Shown: positions 20,022-29,843 of the stretch, piece by piece | Numbering within the stretch: position 1 is the first letter of the stretch | Layout: each line of letters starts with the position of its first letter | From: Candidatus Dormiibacterota bacterium | GTDB taxonomy: Bacteria > Chloroflexota > Dormibacteria > Aeolococcales > Aeolococcaceae | Assembly: GCA_035652335.1 (NCBI GenBank) | Contig: DASRDZ010000013.1 | Location: 6,154 to 70,153, forward strand | DNA length: 64,000 nt | Reading direction: 5' to 3' | Notes under the pieces: generated by a model | The model's database searches: none | The model's input: only the letters and a program-made list of their open reading frames with translations | What the model was told of the DNA's origin: nothing | Program-made: the position numbers and the translations under genes

Positions 20022-20043
20022 GGGCGGCCCACACGGGCCGCCC
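20022..20043 (+). terminator. Perfect 9-bp stem / 4-nt loop hairpin after the repeat-protein gene
   Basis: GGGCGGCCC-acac-GGGCCGCCC, 8 nt after the stop, with a second hairpin (CCGCTC…GAGCGG) following. Confidence 0.45.
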
Positions 20044-20107
20044 GGCCCGCTCCTCGGCCGAGCGGTAGACTGCACGCCGTTCGCGGGTTCACGGAGAGAC
20101 AGTCGCC

Positions 20108-20893
20108 ATGACCGAGGTCGCCCAGCGCGAGCCGCGCCAGCTCGTGGTTCCCATGCCGCCTAGCTTCAGCTCGGTGGAGGAGGAGCGGCTGCATCGCAAG
20201 CAGCGCCTCGCCGCCGGCTTCCGGCTCTTCTCCAAGATGGGCTTCGACGAGGGCGTCGCCGGCCACATCACGGCGCGCGACCCGGAGCGGCTCGACCACT
20301 TCTGGGTCAACCCCTTCGGCATGCACTTCAGCCAGGTGCGGGTCAGCGACCTGATCCTGGTCAACAGCCAGGGGGATGTGGTCGAAGGCGACCGCAACGT
20401 CAACGCCGCCGCCTTCGCGATCCACTCGCAGGTGCACGAGGCGCGCCCCGACGTGGTCGCCGCCGCGCACGCGCACTCGGTGTACGGCAAGGCCTGGTCC
20501 TCGCTCGGCCGGCTGCTCGACCCGCTCACCCAGGATGCCTGCGCCTTCTACGAGGACCATGCGCTGCTCGCGGGCTACACCGGCGTGGTGCTCGACCTCG
20601 AAGAGGGGCGCCGCATCGCCAGGACGCTCGGCGACGGCAAGGCGATCATCCTGCAGAACCACGGCCTGCTCACCGTGGGCGGCTCGGTCGACGAGGCGGT
20701 CTGGTGGTTCGCCACCATGGAGCGCTCCTGCCAGGCGCAGCTGATGGCGGAGGCGGCGGGGACGCCGATCAGGATCGACCACGAGGCGGCCAAGCTCACC
20801 GAGTCGCAGGTCGGCTCGCGCATCGCCGGGTGGTTCAGCTTCCAGCCGCTCTGGGACCGCATCACCCGCGAGCAGCCCGACCTGCTCGACTGA
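20108..20893 (+). CDS. Class II aldolase/adducin-family protein
   Basis: ORF 20108..20893. 'GHITARDPE…LVNSQG…HSQVHEARPDVVAAAHAHSVYG' carries the His-ligand motifs of the class II aldolase fold. Confidence 0.8.
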   Translation: MTEVAQREPRQLVVPMPPSFSSVEEERLHRKQRLAAGFRLFSKMGFDEGVAGHITARDPERLDHFWVNPFGMHFSQVRVSDLILVNSQGDVVEGDRNVNAAAFAIHSQVHEARPDVVAAAHAHSVYGKAWSSLGRLLDPLTQDACAFYEDHALLAGYTGVVLDLEEGRRIARTLGDGKAIILQNHGLLTVGGSVDEAVWWFATMERSCQAQLMAEAAGTPIRIDHEAAKLTESQVGSRIAGWFSFQPLWDRITREQPDLLD

Positions 20894-20936
20894 GCCCGCC
20901 GCCGTGGCCGCGGTGGGCCGGCTCGCCCGGCCCTAG

Positions 20937-22439
20937 ATGCAGACGCTCCCCGAGCTGATCCGCTGGCGGGCCCGTCGGCATCCCGACCTGCCCGCCATGA
21001 GCGAACCCGGTCGCACCCTCACCTGGCGCGAGCTCGACGCCGGCACCACCGCGCTGGCCAACGGCCTGCGCACCCTCGGTGTGCAGCCCGGCGACCGCGT
21101 GGCCATCCTCGACAAGAACTCGGTGGCCTACCTGGAGCTGATGCTCGCGGTGGCCAAGCTGGGCGCGGTGAGCGCGCCGGTCAACTGGCGGCTGGCTCCG
21201 CCTGAGGTTCGCGTGGTGGTGGACGAGTCGCAGGCACCCCTCTGCGTCGCGGGCGACGAGTTCGCGGGACATGTCGAGGGCGTCGCCGCGCGCGTGCTGC
21301 GCTTCGACGAGGTGCCGAGAGCGCCGGGCCCGGACCCGTATGGCGACACCGATTCCGGCGCCGTCGTCTGGCAGCTCTACACCAGCGGCACCACGGGCAT
21401 CCCCAAGGGCGCGATGCTCACCCACGACAACCTCTACGCGGGCTGGCCGAGCATCCTGCTGGAGTGCCCCGAGATGCGCGAGGGGAGCCGCGCCCTGGTG
21501 GCGATGCCGATGTACCACATCGGCGGGTGCGGCTGGGCCGGCGCCGCGCTGTACGCCGGCTCGACGCTCGTCGTGGTGCGTGAGATCGTGCCGCAGCATC
21601 TGCTGCAGACCATCGTCGACGAGCGCGTCGAGTGCGGCTTCCTGGTTCCCGCAGTGCTGCTCTTCCTCTCGCAGCTCCCCGGCGTGGAGAGCGCCGACTT
21701 CTCCAACCTCCGCCGCATCCTCTATGGCGCCTCGCCGATTACCCCCGAGCTGCTCACCCGGTGCATCGACCTCTTCAAGTGTGAGTTCACCCAGGTCTAC
21801 GGACTGACCGAGACCACCGGCGCCATCAGCGCCCTGCAGCACCGCGACCACCATGGCGAGCTGCTGCTGTCCTGCGGACGTCCCATGCTGGGCACGCGCG
21901 TCCGCGTCGTCGACCTCGACGGCAACGACCTGCCGGCGGGCGAGGTCGGCGAGCTGCTCATCGCCGGAAAGCAGCTCATGCGCGGCTACCACAACCGGCC
22001 GGACGACACCGCGGCGGTGATCCGGGACGGCTGGTTCCACAGCGGCGACGCCGCGACGCTCGACGCGGACGGCTACATCTTCATCCGCGACCGCATCAAG
22101 GACATGATCGTGAGCGGCGGTGAGAACGTGTACCCGATCGAGGTGGAGTCGGTGATCGCCGAGCACCCGGCGGTCGCCGACGTCGCCGTCATCGGCGTCC
22201 CCGACCACCGCTGGGGCGAGACCGTCAAGGCCGTCGTCCTCTTGCGTGAGGGCGCAACCCTGGAGGAGGCCGAGCTGATCGCCTTCTGCCGTCCGCGGCT
22301 GGCCGGCTTCAAGTGCCCGACCAGCCTCGACGTGGTGGCCTCGATCCCACGCAACCCGACCGGCAAGATCCTCAAGCGGGAGCTGCGCGAGCCGTACTGG
22401 CGGGGACAGGAGCGGAGGGTGGCCGGCTCGGGCGTTTAG
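20937..22439 (+). CDS. AMP-dependent synthetase/ligase (acyl-CoA ligase family)
   Basis: ORF 20937..22439. 'YTSGTTGIPKGAML' AMP-binding motif and 'GYHNRPDDTAAVI…GWFHSGD'. Confidence 0.85.
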   Translation: MQTLPELIRWRARRHPDLPAMSEPGRTLTWRELDAGTTALANGLRTLGVQPGDRVAILDKNSVAYLELMLAVAKLGAVSAPVNWRLAPPEVRVVVDESQAPLCVAGDEFAGHVEGVAARVLRFDEVPRAPGPDPYGDTDSGAVVWQLYTSGTTGIPKGAMLTHDNLYAGWPSILLECPEMREGSRALVAMPMYHIGGCGWAGAALYAGSTLVVVREIVPQHLLQTIVDERVECGFLVPAVLLFLSQLPGVESADFSNLRRILYGASPITPELLTRCIDLFKCEFTQVYGLTETTGAISALQHRDHHGELLLSCGRPMLGTRVRVVDLDGNDLPAGEVGELLIAGKQLMRGYHNRPDDTAAVIRDGWFHSGDAATLDADGYIFIRDRIKDMIVSGGENVYPIEVESVIAEHPAVADVAVIGVPDHRWGETVKAVVLLREGATLEEAELIAFCRPRLAGFKCPTSLDVVASIPRNPTGKILKRELREPYWRGQERRVAGSGV

Positions 22440-22460
22440 CCCCGGCGCAAACGCGCGGCG

Positions 22461-22949
22461 ATGCCCACAAATCGCTCGAAGCGCCGTACTCTCCGCGGCA
22501 TGAGCACCTTCGAGCACATCCCGCACCCCTGGGTCCACCAGCGCAAGCATGAGGGGCCGGTCAAGGTCGAGGACCAGCGCGTCGGCTTCGGAGCCAAGCT
22601 CGGCGCGCACATCACCGCCGTCGTCGGCACCATGGCGACCGCGCTGGGCTTCGCCATCCTGGCGCTGATCAGCCTCCCCTCGGCGATCAAGAGCGGAGAC
22701 GTGATCATCATCGTCGCCTGGATCGCCCAGACCTTCCTGCAGCTCGTGCTGCTGCCGATCATCATCGTCGGCCAGAACGTCCAGGGCATGGCCGCCGACA
22801 AGCGGGCGACGCAGACCTACCAGGACGCCGAGGCCATCCTCCACGAGTGCCTGCAGCTCCAGGCGCACCTGATGGAGCAGGACAAGGTGCTGCAGGACCT
22901 CATCGCCCACGTCAAGCCTGGCGCGAGCGGAGCGCCGGCGACCGCCTAG
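22461..22949 (+). CDS. DUF1003-family membrane protein
   Basis: ORF 22461..22949. Two TM helices and 'IIVGQNVQGMAADKRATQTYQDAE' resemble DUF1003. The start may instead be ATG 22500. Confidence 0.55.
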   Translation: MPTNRSKRRTLRGMSTFEHIPHPWVHQRKHEGPVKVEDQRVGFGAKLGAHITAVVGTMATALGFAILALISLPSAIKSGDVIIIVAWIAQTFLQLVLLPIIIVGQNVQGMAADKRATQTYQDAEAILHECLQLQAHLMEQDKVLQDLIAHVKPGASGAPATA

Positions 22950-24178
22950 CTGGAGCTCGGCCGGTCGGTCAGCGTCGCCGACAGGTGGATGACGTTGCTG
23001 CCGCGCTTCACCGTGAAGTCGACGGTGTCGCCGACCTTGTGCTGCTGGATCAGGCCGCCCAGGGTGGCGCCGTTGTCGATGGTCACCCCGCCCACCGCCT
23101 GCAGGATGTCGTTCTTCTGGAAGCCCGCCTTGGCGGCCGGCGAGCCGGCGGTGACGTCGCGGATCAGCACGCCGGGCCCGTCGAAGCCGACGCCCGCCTC
23201 GACCGCCTCGATGCTGGTGAGGTAGGACACCCCCAGGAAGGGATGCTGGATGCTCTCGTGCCCGATCAGCGAGCGGGCCACCTGCTGCGCCAGGTTGGAG
23301 GGGATGCTGTAGCCGATGTTGTTGCTGTTGCCGGCCACGGCGACGTTGACGCCGACCACCCGCCCGTCGGTGTCGGCCAGCGGACCGCCGCTGTTGCCGC
23401 GGTTGATCGACGCGTCCGTCTGCAGGACGTCCTGCAGGTTCTCGGTCTGGCCGCCGATGTCGGAGCCCGCGGTGATGGTGCGGTGCAGCGCGCTGACCAC
23501 ACCCTGGGTCACCGAGCCCTCGTTGCCGAGCGGGCTGCCGATGGCGACGACCGCCTGGCCCACCTGCAGCTTCGAGGAGTCGCCGAACGTCGCCACGGGC
23601 AGTGAGCCGTCGGGCACGCTGACCACGGCGAGGTCGTCGAAGCTGTCGGTGCCGACCACGGTCGCGGTGAGGTTGCGCCCACCGGGCATGACCACGTGCA
23701 GGTCGGTGGCCCCGGCGACGACGTGGTTGTTGGTGAGCAGGTAGGAGAGGCTGCCCTCGTGGCCGATGACGAAGCCGCTGCCCAGCGCGTCGCCGCTCGG
23801 CTCCCTGGCGATGATCGTGCCCACCGCCGGGCCGAGCTGCTGGGCGACGCTCACCGCGTTGCCTGCGCCCGACTGCTTCGCCGGCGTGTCGTCGACCAGC
23901 ATGGTGGCGGTGTGGCCGTCGTCGGCACGGGTGAAGAGGACGGTGCCGACCGTCCCCGCGGCGAGGCCGACGGCCAGCATCCCGGCGCTCATCAGGAGGG
24001 CGGGACGGCGCCGCGCCGGGGTGGCCGGAGTGGCCGCCTCGGACGCCGCGAGTGGCGCGGGCGTCCAGGTCGGAGGCGCGCCCGGCGGCGTCCAGGCGGT
24101 GGGCGCCACCGGCTCGCGGTGGGTCCAGGGTGCCGCGGGGTCGCCGGGGTCTGGCGTGGGGGCGGAGGTCTCCGTCAT
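22946..24178 (-). CDS. htrA: HtrA/DegP-family trypsin-like serine protease with C-terminal PDZ domain
   Basis: 3' part of ORF 22946..25090. ATG at 24178, an N-terminal TM, catalytic 'TNNHVV', 'DLAVV' and 'GNSGGPL', then a PDZ region. Confidence 0.85.
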   Translation of the reverse strand: MTETSAPTPDPGDPAAPWTHREPVAPTAWTPPGAPPTWTPAPLAASEAATPATPARRRPALLMSAGMLAVGLAAGTVGTVLFTRADDGHTATMLVDDTPAKQSGAGNAVSVAQQLGPAVGTIIAREPSGDALGSGFVIGHEGSLSYLLTNNHVVAGATDLHVVMPGGRNLTATVVGTDSFDDLAVVSVPDGSLPVATFGDSSKLQVGQAVVAIGSPLGNEGSVTQGVVSALHRTITAGSDIGGQTENLQDVLQTDASINRGNSGGPLADTDGRVVGVNVAVAGNSNNIGYSIPSNLAQQVARSLIGHESIQHPFLGVSYLTSIEAVEAGVGFDGPGVLIRDVTAGSPAAKAGFQKNDILQAVGGVTIDNGATLGGLIQQHKVGDTVDFTVKRGSNVIHLSATLTDRPSSS

Positions 24179-24253
24179 CTCGTCGTCGGGCACCGTAGTG
24201 GGGCACGATAAGGCTTCCGTAAAACAGGGGCGTCGGACGGGGAGGGTCTGCGC

Positions 24254-25258
24254 GTGGCTCGCTGCGTGCTCGCGCTGGGGCCGGATTGCGCCGGGACGGT
24301 GCTCTCCGAGCTCGTCGCCGGAGCGCGGTCGCGGCTCGACGCCGCGGTCTACGAGGTGGGCCCGTCGTACGCGGTGCAGCTCGTCCGCGCCGCCGCGCGC
24401 GGGGTGCGGGTCCGCCTGCTGCTCGACGCCCACGCCGGTGCCAACTCCACGTCGACGCGCCTGGTCCACGGCGGTGGCGTCGCCTGCCGCGTCCTCGGCG
24501 GTCACCCGGGCGTCGAGGCGCACTGGAAGGTGCTGATCGCCGACGGCGCCAGGCTGGCGGTGGGTAGCGGCAACCTGCTCCACCGCGACGCGCCGGCGCC
24601 CGGGCAGCCCGGGACGCGCGAGTGGTGGGTGGCGGTCTCGGGCGCGCCGCGGCTGCTGCGCACGGCGGCGGACCTGGTCGACACCGCCTGGGCCGAGGCG
24701 ACCGACCCACCGCTGGCCTGGCGCCGTGCCGCGGTCGCGGCCCCCGCGCCGCCGCCGGTTGGTGTGCCGCAGCCCGCCGTGCCGCCGCTCCACCTCGACG
24801 TGCCTGCCCGCGCCCTGCACCTCGCCGCAGGTGGAGAGGAGGTGGCCGCGCTGCTCGCCGAGCGGATCGCCGCCGCCCGCCGGCGGGTGCTGGTCACCGT
24901 GCCGTACGTCCACTCCGGCGTCCCCGCGGTGCGGGCCCTCCTCGACGCCCTGGTGGCGGCGGCCCGGCGCGGGGCGACGGTGCGGGTGCTCCTGGGCACC
25001 CCGCCCGAGCCCGCCGCGGCCGAGGCGGTTCGCGCCATTCCTCTCATCTCCGTGCGGGTGATGGACCCCGCCCGCTCCACCACCGGGCACGCCAAGGGCC
25101 TGGTCGCCGACGGCGTGGCGGTGGCCGGCTCGGCCAACTGGAGCGGCGCCGGGCTGGGCGGCAACCGCGAGGCGGCGCTGAGCCTCGACGACGCGCGCGC
25201 CGCCGGCTGGTTCGCGGCGGCGCTGTCCCGGGACTGGGAGGCCTCCTCACCTCTCTGA
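24254..25258 (+). CDS. Phospholipase D-like (two HKD motifs) domain protein
   Basis: ORF 24254..25258 with a GTG start. 'HWKVLIADGARLAVGSGNL' and 'HAKGLVADGVAVAGSANWS'. Confidence 0.7.
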   Translation: MARCVLALGPDCAGTVLSELVAGARSRLDAAVYEVGPSYAVQLVRAAARGVRVRLLLDAHAGANSTSTRLVHGGGVACRVLGGHPGVEAHWKVLIADGARLAVGSGNLLHRDAPAPGQPGTREWWVAVSGAPRLLRTAADLVDTAWAEATDPPLAWRRAAVAAPAPPPVGVPQPAVPPLHLDVPARALHLAAGGEEVAALLAERIAAARRRVLVTVPYVHSGVPAVRALLDALVAAARRGATVRVLLGTPPEPAAAEAVRAIPLISVRVMDPARSTTGHAKGLVADGVAVAGSANWSGAGLGGNREAALSLDDARAAGWFAAALSRDWEASSPL

Positions 25259-25334
25259 GTCCCTTGGCGTTTGGGCCGCCGGGCGGGGGGTATGCTCGCC
25301 AGCACCACATCCCCTACCGGAGACCGCTTCACCC

Positions 25335-27890
25335 ATGGATCTGCGCGACCAGGTTCGCGCCGGCGAGGACGACGACAGCGCCATCGAGACGCTGCCGCTG
25401 GTCCCGCTGCGCGAGAACGTGGTCTTTCCCCACCAGCTCGCCCCCCTCGGCGCGGGCCGTCCCCGCAGCGTCGCCGCTCTCGAAGCCGCCGTGCAGGGGG
25501 ACGGGCGCGTCGTTCTCGCCGTCCAGCGCAGCGCCGAGGTGGACGACGTCGGCATCGCCGACATCCACCCCGTCGCAGTTGTGGCCACAGTCGGCGCATT
25601 CCGGAAGCTGCCCACCGGCGGCGCCCAGGCGCTCGTCGAGGGCCAGCGCCGCGTCCTGATCCGCAGCTTCGACAGCGACGGCGACCGCTGGTCGGCCACC
25701 GTCGCCACCATTCCCGAGCCCTTCGAGTCGACGGCGCAGAACGACGCCCTGGTGGGCACCGTCAAGTCGCTCTTCGGCGAGTACGTCGGAGCCGGCGCCG
25801 CGGTCGCGCCCGAGCTGGTGGTGGCCCTGACGCGCAGCACCGAGCCCGCGCGCGTCGCCGACATGGCCGCCGCCGCCCCCGACATCGCCGTCGCCGACAA
25901 GATGAGCCTGCTCCAGGATCTCGACATCGCCTCGCGGCTGCGCACGCTGGTCCCGCTGCTGGCCAAGCAGGTCGAGGTGGCCCAGCTGCGCAGCAAGATC
26001 CAGGAGGACGTCCAGAAGACGATCAACAAGGGCCAGCGCGAGGCCATCCTCCGCGAGCAGCTCCGCGCCATCAAGAAGGAGCTCGCCGAGCTGGAGGGCT
26101 CCGCGGAGGGCGAGGAGGAGGATCTGGCCACCCGTGTCGAGAACGCGGGCATGCCCGAGGCGGTGAAGCAGCGCGCCCTCAAGGAGGTGTCGCGCCTGGA
26201 GCAGATCCCCAGCGCCTCGCCCGAGCTGGGCATGGTGCGCACCTACGTCGACTGGCTGCTCGACCTGCCCTGGGGCGACCCCCCGCCCGAGAGCGTCGAC
26301 ATCCTGCGCGCCAAGCAGATCCTCGACGAGGACCACTATGGGCTGCCCAAGGTGAAGGACCGCATCCTGGAGTGGCTGGCCGTGCGCCAGCGCGCCCAGC
26401 AGAAGCTGGAGCAGAAGGCCGCCCAGGAGGCCGCCGCCGAGGCGCAGGCGTCGGCCGGCGCGCCGGCCGCCTCGGACGCGCCGAGCACCGGTGAGCCGCA
26501 CGTCGAGGACCCGCGCCCGCCGCGCACCCTGCAGACGCCCATCCTCTGCCTGGTGGGGCCGCCCGGCGTCGGCAAGACGTCGCTGGGCCGCTCGATTGCG
26601 CGGGCCCTGAATCGCAAGTTCGTCCGCCTGTCGCTGGGCGGCATCCGTGACGAGGCGGAGATCCGCGGCCACCGGCGCACCTACATCGGGGCCCTGCCCG
26701 GCCGCATCGTGCAGTCGATGAAGCAGGCGGGCACCCGCAACCCGGTGATCATGCTCGACGAGGTCGACAAGGTCGGCGCCGACTTCCGCGGCGATCCCTC
26801 GGCGGCGTTGCTGGAGGTCCTCGACCCCGAGCAGAACCGCGAGTTCAGCGACCACTACCTGGAGGTCCCCTACGACCTCTCCCAGGTGCTCTTCATCACC
26901 ACCGCCAACGTCGCCGAGACGATCAGCCCGCCGCTGCGCGACCGCATGGAGATCATCCGCATCAGCGGCTACACCGAGGCGGAGAAGCTGGGCATCGCCG
27001 AGCAGCACCTGGTGCGCCGGCAGCGCGAGCAGCACGGCCTCGAGGAGTCCGAGCTGCAGATCACCGAGGCCGCGCTGGTCGACATGATCCGCGGCTGGAC
27101 GCGGGAGGCGGGTGTCCGCCAGCTCGACCGCACCATCGCCCAGGTGGCGCGCAAGGTGCCGCGCAAGCTGGCCGAGTCGCCCGGCGAGCTGAGCGGCGTG
27201 GTGGTCGACACCGCCGACCTTCCCGAGTACCTCGGCCCGCAGCGCTTCGAGTTCGGCGAGGCCGAGGCGGAGGACCAGGTGGGCGCCGTGACCGGCGTGG
27301 TCGTGAGCGACGTCGGCGGTGACATCGTCACCGTCGAGGCGCTGGCCATCGAGGGCAAGAACGAGCTGCAGCTCACCGGCCAGCTCGGCTCGGTGATGGA
27401 GGAGTCGGCGCGCGCCGCGCTCTCGTGGGCGCGGGTGCACGCCGAGGACTTCGGTGCGCCCAAGGGGTTCTTCGACACCCACGGCGTGCACGTGCACGTC
27501 CCCGCCGGCGCCATCCCCAAGGACGGTCCGTCGGCCGGCGTGACCATGACCACGGCGCTGGTGTCGGTGGCCTCGGGCCGCGCGGTGCGGCGCGACGTGG
27601 CCATGACCGGCGAGGTGACCTTGCGCGGGCGCGTCCTGCCCATCGGCGGCGTCAAGGACAAGCTGCTCGCCGCCCACCGCGCGGGCATCACCACCTTCGT
27701 GCTGCCGCGCAAGAACGTGCGCGACCTCGACGAGGTCGACCGCGAGGTGCTGGAGAAGATCGAGGTGGTGCCCGTCGACAACGTCGCCGAGGTCCTGGAG
27801 CGCGCCCTGCTGCCGGTGGGCGGCTCGCGCGCCGGGGCCCGCGACCGGCGGGTCGGGTTCATGGTCGCCGCGGCCGCGGTCACGGACTGA
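25335..27890 (+). CDS. lon: ATP-dependent protease Lon (La)
   Basis: ORF 25335..27890. Lon N-domain, Walker A 'GPPGVGKTS', and protease motif 'PKDGPSAGVTM'. Confidence 0.9.
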   Translation: MDLRDQVRAGEDDDSAIETLPLVPLRENVVFPHQLAPLGAGRPRSVAALEAAVQGDGRVVLAVQRSAEVDDVGIADIHPVAVVATVGAFRKLPTGGAQALVEGQRRVLIRSFDSDGDRWSATVATIPEPFESTAQNDALVGTVKSLFGEYVGAGAAVAPELVVALTRSTEPARVADMAAAAPDIAVADKMSLLQDLDIASRLRTLVPLLAKQVEVAQLRSKIQEDVQKTINKGQREAILREQLRAIKKELAELEGSAEGEEEDLATRVENAGMPEAVKQRALKEVSRLEQIPSASPELGMVRTYVDWLLDLPWGDPPPESVDILRAKQILDEDHYGLPKVKDRILEWLAVRQRAQQKLEQKAAQEAAAEAQASAGAPAASDAPSTGEPHVEDPRPPRTLQTPILCLVGPPGVGKTSLGRSIARALNRKFVRLSLGGIRDEAEIRGHRRTYIGALPGRIVQSMKQAGTRNPVIMLDEVDKVGADFRGDPSAALLEVLDPEQNREFSDHYLEVPYDLSQVLFITTANVAETISPPLRDRMEIIRISGYTEAEKLGIAEQHLVRRQREQHGLEESELQITEAALVDMIRGWTREAGVRQLDRTIAQVARKVPRKLAESPGELSGVVVDTADLPEYLGPQRFEFGEAEAEDQVGAVTGVVVSDVGGDIVTVEALAIEGKNELQLTGQLGSVMEESARAALSWARVHAEDFGAPKGFFDTHGVHVHVPAGAIPKDGPSAGVTMTTALVSVASGRAVRRDVAMTGEVTLRGRVLPIGGVKDKLLAAHRAGITTFVLPRKNVRDLDEVDREVLEKIEVVPVDNVAEVLERALLPVGGSRAGARDRRVGFMVAAAAVTD

Positions 27891-27894
27891 GTCG

Positions 27895-29832
27895 ATGATC
27901 GACGGAGGAGGCTTCGGCGGTGGGATGCGGTGGTTCCGCCGCGAGGACCTGTCCCACAAGAAGCTCGCCAAGGGGACGGTCAAGCGCATCGTGCGCTTCG
28001 CCGCGCCCTACAAGCGGATGCTGCTGGCCTTCCTCGTCTTCATCATCCTCGACGCGGTGATCACCGCGATCACCCCGCGCCTCTTCGGCGCCATCGTCGA
28101 CGACATCACCCATCGCAACCGCTCAGGCGTCATCAACCTGGCCATGCTGACCGCGGGGCTGGCCATCGTCGACGCCGGCTTCACCCTGGCCATGCGCCTC
28201 TATTCGGCGCGGATCGGCGAGGGCCTCATCTTCGACATGCGCAGCAAGGTCTTCCGGCACGTGCAGCGCATGCCCGTCGCCTTCTTCACCCGCACCCAGA
28301 CCGGCGCGCTGGTGACCAGGCTCAACAACGACGTGCTGGGCGCCCAGCAGGCCTTCACGGGCACGCTCTCCTCGGTGGTGAGCAACATCATCACCGTGAC
28401 CCTGGTGCTGATCTCCATGTTCTTCCTGTCCTGGCAGATCACCCTGGTGTCGCTGGCCATGCTGCCCGTGTTCATCGTGCCGGCCCGCTTCATGGGCCGC
28501 CGGCTGCAGGCGATCACCCGCGAGTCCTATGCGCTCAACGCGCAGATGAACACCACCATGACCGAGCGCTTCAACGTCGCAGGAGCGCTGCTGGTGAAGC
28601 TCTTCGGCCGCGCCGGCGACGAGGCTCGCGGCTTCCAGCAGAAGGCGGGTCGGGTGCGCGACATCGGCGTGCAGCAGGCGATGTACAGCCGAATCTTCTT
28701 CACCTCGCTGATGCTGACGGCCTCGCTGGCCACCGCCGTGGTGTACGGGTGGGGCGGCGTGCTGGCCACCAGCGGCGCGCTGCAGGTCGGCACCGTGGTC
28801 GCGCTGGGCACGTACCTCACGCGCCTGTACGGCCCGCTCACCGCGCTGAGCAACGTGAACGTCGACGTCATGACGGCGCTGGTGTCCTTCGAGCGGGTCT
28901 TCGAGGTGCTCGACCTGCCGCCGATGATCGCCGACAAGCCCGGGGCGGTCACCCTGCCGCGGGGTCGGGCGCGCGTCGAGTTCGACCACGTGGAGTTCGG
29001 CTACCCGACCGCGGAGGAGGTCTCGCTGGCGTCGCTCGAGTCGGTGGCGGTGCTCGACCGCACGCCCTCGAAGCAGGTGCTGCACGACGTCTCCTTCGTC
29101 GCCGAGCCGGGACAGCTGGTGGCGCTGGTGGGCCCGTCCGGCGCCGGCAAGACGACCATCTCGCACCTCGTGCCCCGCCTCTACGACGTGCGCGGCGGCG
29201 CCGTGCGCATCAACGGCCTCGACGTGCGCGACGTCACCCTCGACTCCCTGAAGGAGGCCGTCGGCGTGGTCACCCAGGACGCGCACCTCTTCCACGAGAC
29301 GATCCGCAGCAACCTCCTCTACGCGCGCCCCGAGGCCACCGACCCGGAGCTGCGCGAGGCGCTGCGTGGCGCCCAGATCCTGGCGCTGATCGACTCGCTG
29401 CCCGACGGACTCGAGACCGTGGTCGGCGACCGCGGCTACCGGCTCAGCGGCGGCGAGAAGCAGCGTCTGGCCATCGCGCGGCTGCTGCTCAAGGCACCCG
29501 ACATCGTGGTCCTCGACGAGGCCACCGCCCACCTCGACTCGGAGTCCGAGGTGGCCGTGCAGCAGGCGCTCAACGAGGCGCTGCGCGGGCGCACCTCGCT
29601 GGTCATCGCCCACCGCCTCTCGACGGTGCGGGACGCCGACCAGATCCTCGTGGTCGAGGACGGACGCATCGTCGAGCGGGGGCGGCACGAGGACCTGCTC
29701 GCCGCGGGCGGCCTCTACGCGGAGCTCTACCGCACCCAGTTCGAGGGCCAGGCGGTGCATTCGCCGGTGCGCCCCGAGCCGCCGCTGGGACCGGCCGTGG
29801 AGTACGAGGCCCTGGTCGGTCCGGGCGACTAG
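27895..29832 (+). CDS. ABC transporter, fused permease/ATP-binding exporter (MsbA-like)
   Basis: ORF 27895..29832. Six-TM N-domain, Walker A 'GPSGAGKTT', signature 'LSGGEKQRLAIAR', Walker B 'VLDEATA'. Confidence 0.85.
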   Translation: MIDGGGFGGGMRWFRREDLSHKKLAKGTVKRIVRFAAPYKRMLLAFLVFIILDAVITAITPRLFGAIVDDITHRNRSGVINLAMLTAGLAIVDAGFTLAMRLYSARIGEGLIFDMRSKVFRHVQRMPVAFFTRTQTGALVTRLNNDVLGAQQAFTGTLSSVVSNIITVTLVLISMFFLSWQITLVSLAMLPVFIVPARFMGRRLQAITRESYALNAQMNTTMTERFNVAGALLVKLFGRAGDEARGFQQKAGRVRDIGVQQAMYSRIFFTSLMLTASLATAVVYGWGGVLATSGALQVGTVVALGTYLTRLYGPLTALSNVNVDVMTALVSFERVFEVLDLPPMIADKPGAVTLPRGRARVEFDHVEFGYPTAEEVSLASLESVAVLDRTPSKQVLHDVSFVAEPGQLVALVGPSGAGKTTISHLVPRLYDVRGGAVRINGLDVRDVTLDSLKEAVGVVTQDAHLFHETIRSNLLYARPEATDPELREALRGAQILALIDSLPDGLETVVGDRGYRLSGGEKQRLAIARLLLKAPDIVVLDEATAHLDSESEVAVQQALNEALRGRTSLVIAHRLSTVRDADQILVVEDGRIVERGRHEDLLAAGGLYAELYRTQFEGQAVHSPVRPEPPLGPAVEYEALVGPGD

Positions 29833-29843
29833 ACTCGTCGACC

